DNA from: an uncultured Alphaproteobacteria bacterium
Lineage (GTDB): Bacteria; Pseudomonadota; Alphaproteobacteria; Rs-D84
DNA length: 64,000 nt
NCBI GenBank assembly: GCA_944392815.1
Contig: CALXXY010000002.1
Coordinates: 152,257-216,256, forward strand
Direction of reading: 5' to 3'
Within the stretch, counting starts at the first letter, position 1; the number at the start of each line of letters is the position of its first letter. The position numbers and the translations under genes are program-made. Below are positions 10,529 through 18,780 of this stretch, one piece after another. The notes under the pieces were generated by a model. The model saw only the letters and a program-made list of their open reading frames with translations. It ran no database searches and was not told the DNA's origin.

Positions 10529-10864
10529 ATGAAACACAAAACCAAAGAAATTATATCCGCGCAATGCCCTGTTGCCCTGACGGTGTCACTGATTGGCAAC
10601 AAATGGAAATTGATGATTATGCGCAATTTGCTGACACGCCCGTGGCGATTTAACGAACTGCAAAAAAGTATCGGAATTATTAGTCAAAAAGTGTTGGTCG
10701 ATAACCTGCGCGCGATGGAATCGGACGGCCTAATAATCAGAACGGTGTTTCCGGCGGTTCCACCGCACGTTGAATACTCGCTGTCCGAACTGGGCCAGTC
10801 AATGCGTCCGATATTACGGGCAATGGAAAAATGGGGCACCGAATACCAAAAAAAACGTTTATAG
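10529..10864 (+). CDS. HxlR-family winged-helix transcriptional regulator
   Basis: CPVALTVSLIGNKWKLMI, RFNELQK, ISQKVL, VPPHVEYSLSELG. Confidence 0.93.
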   Translation: MKHKTKEIISAQCPVALTVSLIGNKWKLMIMRNLLTRPWRFNELQKSIGIISQKVLVDNLRAMESDGLIIRTVFPAVPPHVEYSLSELGQSMRPILRAMEKWGTEYQKKRL

Positions 10865-10875
10865 AATAAATATAT

Positions 10876-10906
10876 AAAATAAAAATGCCCCATTCGGGAC
10901 ATTTTT
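10876..10906. repeat. 31-bp direct repeat copy 2 (terminator just downstream of tRNA-Tyr)
   Basis: Identical to 9940-9970; lies 4 nt beyond the tRNA-Tyr CCA end. Confidence 0.9.
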
Positions 10907-10910
10907 ATTT

Positions 10911-10997
10911 TGGTGGGAGTGGGTGGATTCGAACCACCTCAGGCTTAAGCCAACAGATTTACAGTCTGCCCCGGCTCTCCAACTCCGGCGCACGCCC
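10911..10997 (-). tRNA. tRNA-Tyr(GTA)
   Basis: Reverse complement GGGCGTG...GCAGA-CTGTAAA-TCTGT, long variable arm, GGTTCGAATCC, ACCA end. Confidence 0.95.
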
Positions 10998-11076
10998 AAT
11001 CTCTATTCCGCCCGCCTTCGCCAATGGCTTCGGTGGGCAATGGATTTTCAGCCCTTGCTTCGCTGCGGTGAAAATC

Positions 11077-11095
11077 CTTGGTGCGGGCAGCGGGA
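11077..11095 (-). repeat. Duplicated tRNA-Gly 3' end (att-like 19-bp direct repeat)
   Basis: CTTGGTGCGGGCAGCGGGA, identical to 11192-11210. Confidence 0.85.
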
Positions 11096-11193
11096 AACCG
11101 CGCGTATAAAAACACAACGAGTTGCGTTATTAGCAACGAGTTGATGTTTGCGTCGCAAGGTTACCCAACTCAACTGCACCTTACCTATTCTCT

Positions 11194-11268
11194 TGGTGCG
11201 GGCAGCGGGACTCGAACCCGCATTTCAAGCTTGGAAGGCTTGCATACTAGCCCTTGTACTATGCCCGC
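11194..11268 (-). tRNA. tRNA-Gly(TCC)
   Basis: Reverse complement GCGGGCA...CAAGC-CTTCCAA-GCTTG...GGGTTCGAGTCCC...TGCCCGC-A-CCA. Confidence 0.96.
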
Positions 11269-11345
11269 AACAAATTCAAAGCCCTGTGATTATATACTAA
11301 TTTTACCTAAACGCAAGTATTTTTCACAGGGCTGATTTAATTATA

Positions 11346-12176
11346 TTACCGCATTCCGTGGATAATATCCTCCATTTCCAACAGGAATTCCATATCATAC
11401 CCACGGGCCTTTAACCGTTGCAGCATGATATGTGCGGCCTCGGCTACACCCAAACTTTTGCAAATTTCGACCACAGTCACAATTTCGTCGCGATTCATTT
11501 TATCGGTTGGCATTAACGCCACCGCAACACCCAACTCACGCAACGCCGCACGCATATATACCGCCCTGTTCCCGCGGCACCCGTATTCATACAGCGCCGC
11601 ATATGTATTTGCATTATCCAAAAATTCATCATACAGATACGCATTCGTATTTATGTTTTGCAACACGCGTTTTTCAATGGTTTCGCAAACTTTTTCATCA
11701 GAATACAAATATTCGATTGATGTCATGGCATTGCTGTTTGGCGAAAACGCGGCCTCCAGACCATCAGCAATCTGCTGTTTCCGCACAGCCATATCGGTAA
11801 AGAACTGGGCATTTTCAGCACACCCATACTGTGCCAGCACAGTATATATATGTGCAGAATCCGCCTGCACCAACGCATCGGGCACATTATCATCAACAAT
11901 TTGTTTCAGCAAAGCATCTTCGACAACCGCGCAGGCCGGACGAATTGTGTTTTCTGTATCCGCGTCACTGGCCACAGTGTCGACCGGCGCCGCAACCACA
12001 GCATCGGCCACAAAACCACCATTTTGTGCGCCGCGTTTGCCAATAATACCACCATCATACAGCACCCAGGCGGTTGCCCCCGCAACAATCAACACCACAA
12101 AAAACAGCCACCACCACACACGACGACGATGCCGTTTTTGTTGTGCAACATTTGAATTTGATTTTTTCTCTCTCAT
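11346..12176 (-). CDS. Membrane-anchored hypothetical protein with two copies of a ~60-aa Cys-pair helical repeat
   Basis: N-terminal TM; two repeats C..E..L.Q...A..Y..L..YGC..N; paralogous to 13107-13835. Confidence 0.8.
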   Translation of the reverse strand: MREKKSNSNVAQQKRHRRRVWWWLFFVVLIVAGATAWVLYDGGIIGKRGAQNGGFVADAVVAAPVDTVASDADTENTIRPACAVVEDALLKQIVDDNVPDALVQADSAHIYTVLAQYGCAENAQFFTDMAVRKQQIADGLEAAFSPNSNAMTSIEYLYSDEKVCETIEKRVLQNINTNAYLYDEFLDNANTYAALYEYGCRGNRAVYMRAALRELGVAVALMPTDKMNRDEIVTVVEICKSLGVAEAAHIMLQRLKARGYDMEFLLEMEDIIHGMR

Positions 12177-12197
12177 CTTTCGCCTTTTTTTGTTTTT

Positions 12198-12449
12198 TTA
12201 TTTAATTGGCGGAAAACAATCGCCATCGGCCGGACAGCAATTGAACCCCAAATCACCCATATCGGTATATACCTCGCCCGCACAGCAACCGTTTTCATCA
12301 ACCGCCCCACCGTCAGGACATGTAATTGTATAATCCGCGCTGTGTGCATGATTTCCTGCATACAGGGCGATTCCGTATCCACAAAATCCACCCACCAAAA
12401 ACCATACAACACATATTAAAATTATTTTCCAATTTAATTTTATTTTCAT
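12198..12449 (-). CDS. Small membrane-anchored Cys-rich protein
   Basis: TM plus CPDG...GCC.GE.YTDMG....CCP.DG.C.PPI module shared with 12446-13114; overlapping start/stop. Confidence 0.8.
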   Translation of the reverse strand: MKIKLNWKIILICVVWFLVGGFCGYGIALYAGNHAHSADYTITCPDGGAVDENGCCAGEVYTDMGDLGFNCCPADGDCFPPIK

Positions 12450-13114
12450 AACGCATTACCATCATTTATCGGTGGATAGCACGTTCCGCCATCATCTGGA
12501 CAACATGCAAATACTAAATTCCCCATATCGGTAAAAGTTTCTCCATCGCAACAACCAAATTGATTGGGTTTGCTGCCGTCCTCGCACAGGCCAGACGCAA
12601 CATTTCTGGCGGCTGTCTCGGCGTCCACCTGGACAGATTTTGATTTATCAATTTCATTACAATCGGCATCATATTGATTCTGTAATAATTCCGTATCTGT
12701 ATCCGACACACCATTTGCAACCAATGTATCTATATCAGATTTTAATTCATTACATAAATTCTGACGCCCAATTAAATATTCGTCCAACGCAGATTGCGCC
12801 GTCATAACAACAGTTTCCACAACGGTTGTCACCGCGGGCGCCGCCGCCACCACCGCAGACGACGCAGACACACGCCCCGTACTGGTATTGCGCCGCCCAG
12901 TGGCCGAACGCGAACAGTCACTGCGATATTGCGCCTGTAAACTGGTCAATTCGGAACTTTGCGCATCTGTTGGCGATTTAATCGCGGACAGTTCATTTAT
13001 GCGCGCCTGGATATCCGCACAACTGGCGCGTTCAGACACAGCCGCCGCATGCGCGCCACCGGCCATCACACACGCAATTATTAATGCCGAAAAATATTTG
13101 CGAATTTTATTCAT
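12446..13114 (-). CDS. Secreted Cys-rich hypothetical protein
   Basis: Signal peptide (AHA-A), two C-x~30-Y-x3-C helical repeats, C-terminal six-Cys module. Confidence 0.8.
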   Translation of the reverse strand: MNKIRKYFSALIIACVMAGGAHAAAVSERASCADIQARINELSAIKSPTDAQSSELTSLQAQYRSDCSRSATGRRNTSTGRVSASSAVVAAAPAVTTVVETVVMTAQSALDEYLIGRQNLCNELKSDIDTLVANGVSDTDTELLQNQYDADCNEIDKSKSVQVDAETAARNVASGLCEDGSKPNQFGCCDGETFTDMGNLVFACCPDDGGTCYPPINDGNAL

Positions 13115-13835
13115 TTATAATTTGTTCCATTTTTAATATGAAATCAGTTGCCGGATCAATCAGTTGTTCAACTTTATCCAAAAATTCCTGGGCCTCGTGC
13201 TGCATATCCAGTTTTTTAAACGTATCTATGACAATTTCCGCATCACGCGTTCCCATATTTTCAGTCGGCTGCAACGCACTGGCAATTTCCAATTCCCGCA
13301 ACGCCAACGTTTTATACATATCCGTATTATCCGCGCACCCCCTGTCCGCCAAAGTGCTGTATGTATCCGCATTTGATAAATGGTTCACATAACTTGCGCT
13401 GTCTTCGGGAAACAGTCGTTGTTTCAACAATTGTTCAATACGCACACACGTGGCCATAACCTCTGGCTGCGATTCCGCCACAGGCGATGCGACCACTTCG
13501 CGTTCAATCACAACCAACCGCCCCGCACAGCCGTTTGAATATGCGGTATTTAAATCCTGCAAAGTTTTTGCATCGTCCGGTGTTGCACCACGTTGGGTAA
13601 TAGACACAATTTCATTGGCGATGGCATCACACTGTTGCGCATTCAACGCATTGCGCGCCGCACCATCATCACGATACGACAATCCCAAAATTAATCCACA
13701 CGCAAACAGCCCAGCCAATGCAACGGCACTCCACACTTTATGCCCCACGCTGCAACAATTAATTGGGCACGCCTGTGCGGATTTTGCCACCCGCACTGTT
13801 TTATTTGACGATTTTTTTGCAACTGATTTTTTCAT
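13107..13835 (-). CDS. Membrane-anchored hypothetical protein (paralog of 11346-12176)
   Basis: TM; one C-x~30-Y-x3-C module; one ~60-aa NADTY..LA..GC..N module; SD GGGGGA upstream. Confidence 0.8.
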   Translation of the reverse strand: MKKSVAKKSSNKTVRVAKSAQACPINCCSVGHKVWSAVALAGLFACGLILGLSYRDDGAARNALNAQQCDAIANEIVSITQRGATPDDAKTLQDLNTAYSNGCAGRLVVIEREVVASPVAESQPEVMATCVRIEQLLKQRLFPEDSASYVNHLSNADTYSTLADRGCADNTDMYKTLALRELEIASALQPTENMGTRDAEIVIDTFKKLDMQHEAQEFLDKVEQLIDPATDFILKMEQIINE

Positions 13836-13879
13836 AAATCCCCCCTGCTGTTTATGACATTATACTATTTTTTAAAACT

Positions 13880-14590
13880 TTATTCCACAATCCCGTTATT
13901 GATTGTAATTGTTCTGTCTGCACGCGCAGCCAAATTCATATCATGCGTCACAAATAACATAGCCATTTTTTTATCACGCACCAAATTCAACAATAAATCA
14001 AACACAGCCACCGCATGTGCAGGATCCAAACTGCCGGTTGGTTCGTCCGCCAACAAAATTTCCGGCGAATTCGCCAACGCCCGCGCCACAGCCGTACGCT
14101 GTTGTTCCCCGCCCGACATTTCACCCGGGAAATGCGACGCACGATGCGCCACATTCGCGGCCCGCAACAATTTCATCGCCCGCGCATTTGCATTGCGTTC
14201 GTCCACGCCATTTGCCAACATAGGCAACGCAACATTTTCCACCGCTGTAAAATCAGCCAACAAATTATGCCGCTGATAAACAAATCCTATTTTACGCCGC
14301 CGCACAGCCGTACGCATTTCATCGTCCATTTTCTGCACAGGCGTCCCCGCCAACAATATACTGCCGCTGGTCGGTTTATCCAACAACCCGACACATTGCA
14401 ATAACGTAGATTTCCCACTGCCCGACGGTCCAACCAACGCAACAATTTCCCCACGCCGCAGGTCAAATCCCCCACCACGCAAAATGTGCAACGGTTGACC
14501 GCCTTCAATAAACGTTTTTTTAATATCACGCACAGACAACACAACGTCATCATTTGATATTTTCGACAAAGATTTCAATATATTCGCCAT
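13880..14590 (-). CDS. lolD: Lipoprotein-releasing ABC transporter ATPase LolD
   Basis: GPSGSGKST, IGFVYQRHNLL, MSGGEQQR, LLADEPTG, VTHD; directly follows lolC/E. Confidence 0.9.
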   Translation of the reverse strand: MANILKSLSKISNDDVVLSVRDIKKTFIEGGQPLHILRGGGFDLRRGEIVALVGPSGSGKSTLLQCVGLLDKPTSGSILLAGTPVQKMDDEMRTAVRRRKIGFVYQRHNLLADFTAVENVALPMLANGVDERNANARAMKLLRAANVAHRASHFPGEMSGGEQQRTAVARALANSPEILLADEPTGSLDPAHAVAVFDLLLNLVRDKKMAMLFVTHDMNLAARADRTITINNGIVE

Positions 14591-14605
14591 GGGTCAAAAT
14601 TCCCC

Positions 14606-15859
14606 TTATTCATTTCTTAATACCTCGACCGGGTCAGTACTGGCCGCTTTCCACGCTGGATACAGCGTTGCCAAAAACGCCAACAATACCGCAATCAGCG
14701 CAATTCCCACGACGTCCCCCACCACCAATTTCGACGGCAATTCAGACAAATAATATAACTCGGCCGGGAATAAATCGCGTCCTGTCGCCCATTGGAAAAA
14801 TTGCCGTATGGGTTCGATATAAATCGCAATAACAACCCCCAGCCCCGTTCCAATCAGTGCACCCAACACACCGATACTGGTGCCCGACAAAATAAATATT
14901 TTCATCATAGATTTGCGCGAAACACCAAACGTACGCAACACAGCAATATCAGTCGATTTATCTTTGACCAACATAACCAAACTGGACACTATGTTAAACG
15001 CAGCAACGATAACGATTAACATCAATATCAAAAACATAACATTGGATTCCACCTGTAATGCGCCAACAAATCCGCGATTTAAATCACGCCAATCGCGCAC
15101 CACAAATCCGTCCGGCAATAAATTGGCCAACGCATCACGCACATCTGTCGTCTGTTCGGGATCACGCAGGAACAAATCAATATGCGTGACAGCATTTGGG
15201 ATATTCAAATATTTTTGTGCCGTTTCCAATGGCATAAAAATATATCCTGAATCATATTCATACATACCCATGAAAAACGAAGACATCACCGGATACGACA
15301 TGATCCGCGGCATAGACCCAAACGGTGTTGGCGTTGCATTATTTGCCGACACCAACGAAATCTGGTCACCCATACCCACGCGCAACGCCCGCGTCAGCGA
15401 CGCCCCAGCCACCAATTCGCCATCATTAATTTTATCCAGCGGTTTTCCGTAAATTTTCGTACCTGTTTCCGTTTTCGCCGCCAAATCAGACATACGTATT
15501 CCACGTATCATCGCCCCGGTATTATTACCATTGGCGGTGGCCATAACCTGGCCCTCGGCAATGGGGACGATACCAGTTGCATGTTCTGCGACAATTTTAT
15601 TTTGGCGCATTTTATCAATTAAAAAATCATAATCAGTTATTGCGCCGTCCTGGTAATAAACAACCACATGCCCATTCATTCCAACAATACGCGACAACAA
15701 CGTATCATGAAATCCGCCCATCACAGACATCACAACAATCAGCGTTGCCACCCCCAGCGTAATACCGATTAACGACACCCACGACACAACCGAACCAAAC
15801 CCACGACGTTTGGCCCACAAATATCTGAATGCAACTTTTCTTTCCAGACGTGAAAACAT
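14606..15859 (-). CDS. lolE: Lipoprotein-releasing ABC transporter permease LolC/E
   Basis: GITLGVATLIVVMSVMGGF, GMYEYD, VAAFNIVSSLVMLVKDK, LATLYPAWKA...PVEVLR. Confidence 0.92.
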   Translation of the reverse strand: MFSRLERKVAFRYLWAKRRGFGSVVSWVSLIGITLGVATLIVVMSVMGGFHDTLLSRIVGMNGHVVVYYQDGAITDYDFLIDKMRQNKIVAEHATGIVPIAEGQVMATANGNNTGAMIRGIRMSDLAAKTETGTKIYGKPLDKINDGELVAGASLTRALRVGMGDQISLVSANNATPTPFGSMPRIMSYPVMSSFFMGMYEYDSGYIFMPLETAQKYLNIPNAVTHIDLFLRDPEQTTDVRDALANLLPDGFVVRDWRDLNRGFVGALQVESNVMFLILMLIVIVAAFNIVSSLVMLVKDKSTDIAVLRTFGVSRKSMMKIFILSGTSIGVLGALIGTGLGVVIAIYIEPIRQFFQWATGRDLFPAELYYLSELPSKLVVGDVVGIALIAVLLAFLATLYPAWKAASTDPVEVLRNE

Positions 15860-15876
15860 GTATTACCCCTGTTGGA

Positions 15877-17220
15877 TTAACCTTCTAAAAATGCGCGCAA
15901 CGCATCGCCAACGAGTGGTGCGTCCGCCCCGGACGGCAATTGCCCCGCATCAACAATAGATATAATACGCGGCGACATAAACACCACCAATTCAGCAAAC
16001 GGACTGATTAACGTTTCAGGCGTCGTCACAAACGAATGTGTTGGAATACCAATAATTACATAATTATCCCCAACATCAGACGGTATATTAAACGAAGACA
16101 ATTCCCCATTGCTGGTACGCAAAACTATTTTGGCGTCTATTTTATTTTTACCACCCCAATCGCCATATGTACCGGTTGCACCGATTACCAAATCGGTTTC
16201 CAATCTGTCTTCTTTGCTGCATTGTCCAATATCAAAACGCGATTGCCAACCATTGGGAATCACGAACGTACCCTGGGAAATCAAAACAACATTGGATTGC
16301 TGTGCCAAAAATTCCTGTAAAGTTTTTGTATTAATCTCAGGACTGACCACCAGCGCACGCCCCACAACACCCGGAATTGACATTTTAATATTTTTATCCC
16401 CGAACGCAGGCAATAAATTCATCCAGATAATTGGATTGTCCGTCCGCGGATACACACGATACACATCAATGTCCCACGCAATCATATATTTTTTGGACGC
16501 AACATCAGAAATAATTTTGGCCACTTCGCGTTCTGTTTGATAATTACCCTCGAACACCATGGTTTTATCCTGCCAATCAACCAATAAATTACGCACATCA
16601 GCCCCATGCATAGCGTCCAACAATGCCATAATAATACTTTCGTTTTTTGGCATTTTAATCAACCATTTGCCCCGATTATCCAAATGAATTTCTGCATTTT
16701 CTGCATCATATGAATAATACGCACGCCCCATTTTCGCCATCAGTTCCACACTGTCGGCCAAATTTCCCGCGGTAATGGTGCCCGATATAGTATCATTCAA
16801 TTCACCATCTTCGACAACGGCAATATCAGTCCCCTGCAACAGTTTATCCAATGCCTCTTTGACGGTTAACTGTTCAAATTCGTAATCAGACACCTGTAAT
16901 TCTGGCAACGCATCACCCGTGCCCAACCGTATCATTTCTATTTTTTCTTCGGGTACAACGGACACAACAGTTTGATTATCCCAATCCACAGTGCACCGCT
17001 TTGGTAATTCGATGGAAAAACGCTGGGCGGTATCAGTTGTCAACGCGGCCTTTTTCGGGAAAATAGGCACAGAATTTTCATCAATCACAAAATTTTCAAC
17101 AACATTTATGGTGTCGTATTGCGGAATATTTTCCTGGGCATTTTTCTGTGTGCACCCCAAACATACCAGCGCAGTCACAATCAACGCCCCGCCGCCAAAC
17201 AATTTGTTTAATATTTTCAT
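15877..17220 (-). CDS. Outer-membrane lipoprotein, secretin-like (possible type IVb pilus PilN/BfpB homolog)
   Basis: Lipobox CLG-C; secretin N-domain-like segment (TVKEALDKLLQGTDI); beta-rich C-terminus ending ELVVFMSPRII, like secretin C-termini. Confidence 0.6.
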   Translation of the reverse strand: MKILNKLFGGGALIVTALVCLGCTQKNAQENIPQYDTINVVENFVIDENSVPIFPKKAALTTDTAQRFSIELPKRCTVDWDNQTVVSVVPEEKIEMIRLGTGDALPELQVSDYEFEQLTVKEALDKLLQGTDIAVVEDGELNDTISGTITAGNLADSVELMAKMGRAYYSYDAENAEIHLDNRGKWLIKMPKNESIIMALLDAMHGADVRNLLVDWQDKTMVFEGNYQTEREVAKIISDVASKKYMIAWDIDVYRVYPRTDNPIIWMNLLPAFGDKNIKMSIPGVVGRALVVSPEINTKTLQEFLAQQSNVVLISQGTFVIPNGWQSRFDIGQCSKEDRLETDLVIGATGTYGDWGGKNKIDAKIVLRTSNGELSSFNIPSDVGDNYVIIGIPTHSFVTTPETLISPFAELVVFMSPRIISIVDAGQLPSGADAPLVGDALRAFLEG

Positions 17221-17257
17221 GTTGTCCCCTTGCCTTTCGTTATCGCCTGTGGTCAAA

Positions 17258-17584
17258 CTATATGTTCATTATACGTTCGAATTCCTCCAGCGTCATTTCA
17301 TAAATAGGTTTTTGTGTTGGCGTGGTCAATTCACGCACATGTTCATATTGTTCACCAAATTTTTTTATCACCGCCGCAACGTTTGCCGGCACAGCATTTT
17401 TATTTGCGTCCAACAACCGCCGCCCGTATTCATAAACATATTCCAACACGTCCGCCAAAAAGAATCGCCCAACATAGTTTTCCATTGCGATTCCGCCCTT
17501 TTGCACGCATATTGCAGACATGACCATTGTCATCTGGTTATACAAATTCGCCAGTTTAATAAAATTTTGAACTGTCAACGCCAT
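17258..17584 (-). CDS. Hypothetical protein
   Basis: 108-aa ORF with SD AGGAA, co-oriented with and adjacent to the secretin-like gene. Confidence 0.6.
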   Translation of the reverse strand: MALTVQNFIKLANLYNQMTMVMSAICVQKGGIAMENYVGRFFLADVLEYVYEYGRRLLDANKNAVPANVAAVIKKFGEQYEHVRELTTPTQKPIYEMTLEEFERIMNI

Positions 17585-17660
17585 ATGTGTTTCCTATATT
17601 CCCATTACTGCATTATAAAAACTATTGCCCCCCAAAGGCAATTAAATTATAATACAAAAT

Positions 17661-18041
17661 ATGAGAATTAAATACATAGCGTTTGCATTAATATTGACCG
17701 CATGTGCGTCCGCCAATCGCGGCAGTATTGATGACGCCACAATATTGAATTGGGAAAACGAATCCGTCACCATGGAACAATTCGTCCGCGATCACAAATC
17801 GTGCCTGGGCATAGATAAACCATCATACATGCCCCGTTCCCGTATTGCGAAACTGCTGTCCCCGAACCAAAGCAGTATTATGCCCGATTGGGACGGCCTG
17901 TGGGTGACATTCCAATCCAATGAATACAGGGACGTTGGCCAACGCGCATTGTTATCAGTGCCACGAAACACCACGTCTAAATCGGTTGGTGCATATCGTA
18001 AATGTATGTTCCGCCGCGGGTATTTGTTGCGCGCGATGTAA
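17661..18041 (+). CDS. Hypothetical lipoprotein
   Basis: Lipobox LTA-C; D...C ... Y..CM..RGY pattern. Confidence 0.7.
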   Translation: MRIKYIAFALILTACASANRGSIDDATILNWENESVTMEQFVRDHKSCLGIDKPSYMPRSRIAKLLSPNQSSIMPDWDGLWVTFQSNEYRDVGQRALLSVPRNTTSKSVGAYRKCMFRRGYLLRAM

Positions 18042-18092
18042 TTTTTTCATGTACGCTTTTCAATTTCATAAATTTATGATATAATCAGCCAC

Positions 18093-18773
18093 ATGAAACG
18101 TTCCATATGGTTTTGGCTGTATTTTGTTATCGCAATTATTTTGGCGGTATATTTCGCAACCCAGATTATAATTACCTGCACGGGTCGTGGCGATTTATCA
18201 TATGTGCGCAACATTTCCATTACCGCGGACGTCGCAAACAAAGATTTAACCCCCATCGCGGCCGCGGCGGCGGTGGCCCCGGGCACACGTGCATTTGGCC
18301 ACACACTGGACGAAATAAATGCCCGCATTGCGGCAACCCCGGGCGTTAAAAACAGCGCTGTGCGCCGTTTACCAAACGGGAATCTGTCTGTACATGTTGA
18401 ATTATATCAACCTGTTGCCCAATGGACAGATGGGTTGCAGTATTATCCACTGTCGGCCGACGGCACAATTGTAAACAAACCAACGGACACGCGTGATGAA
18501 AACACGGTCGTTTTTCGTGGCGACGTACCGGACAACATTGGTGATATAACCGCCGCCGCCCATAATATTATCGCTGATTTGAATTATTTGGAATTTATCG
18601 AACACAGACGCTGGAATTTGCATACAACAGGCGGCATTACTGTAATGTTGCCTGAACATAACCCAGCGGACGCGATTGCACGCCTGAACGTATTGAACCA
18701 AAATCACCAGATTTTATCCCGGGACATCGATATTTTGGACATGCGTGACGATGCGCGAATATTGGTAAAATAA
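18093..18773 (+). CDS. ftsQ: Cell division protein FtsQ/DivIB
   Basis: TM, POTRA segment PGVKNSAVRRLPNGNL, PVAQW, RRWNL, C-terminal DMR. Confidence 0.85.
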   Translation: MKRSIWFWLYFVIAIILAVYFATQIIITCTGRGDLSYVRNISITADVANKDLTPIAAAAAVAPGTRAFGHTLDEINARIAATPGVKNSAVRRLPNGNLSVHVELYQPVAQWTDGLQYYPLSADGTIVNKPTDTRDENTVVFRGDVPDNIGDITAAAHNIIADLNYLEFIEHRRWNLHTTGGITVMLPEHNPADAIARLNVLNQNHQILSRDIDILDMRDDARILVK

Positions 18774-18780
18774 ACACGAA

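Noticed and set aside
11425-12333. 302-aa plus-strand ORF
   Set aside because: Antisense shadow of the minus-strand Cys-rich genes; no recognisable motifs. The same applies to most short overlapping ORFs in the track.
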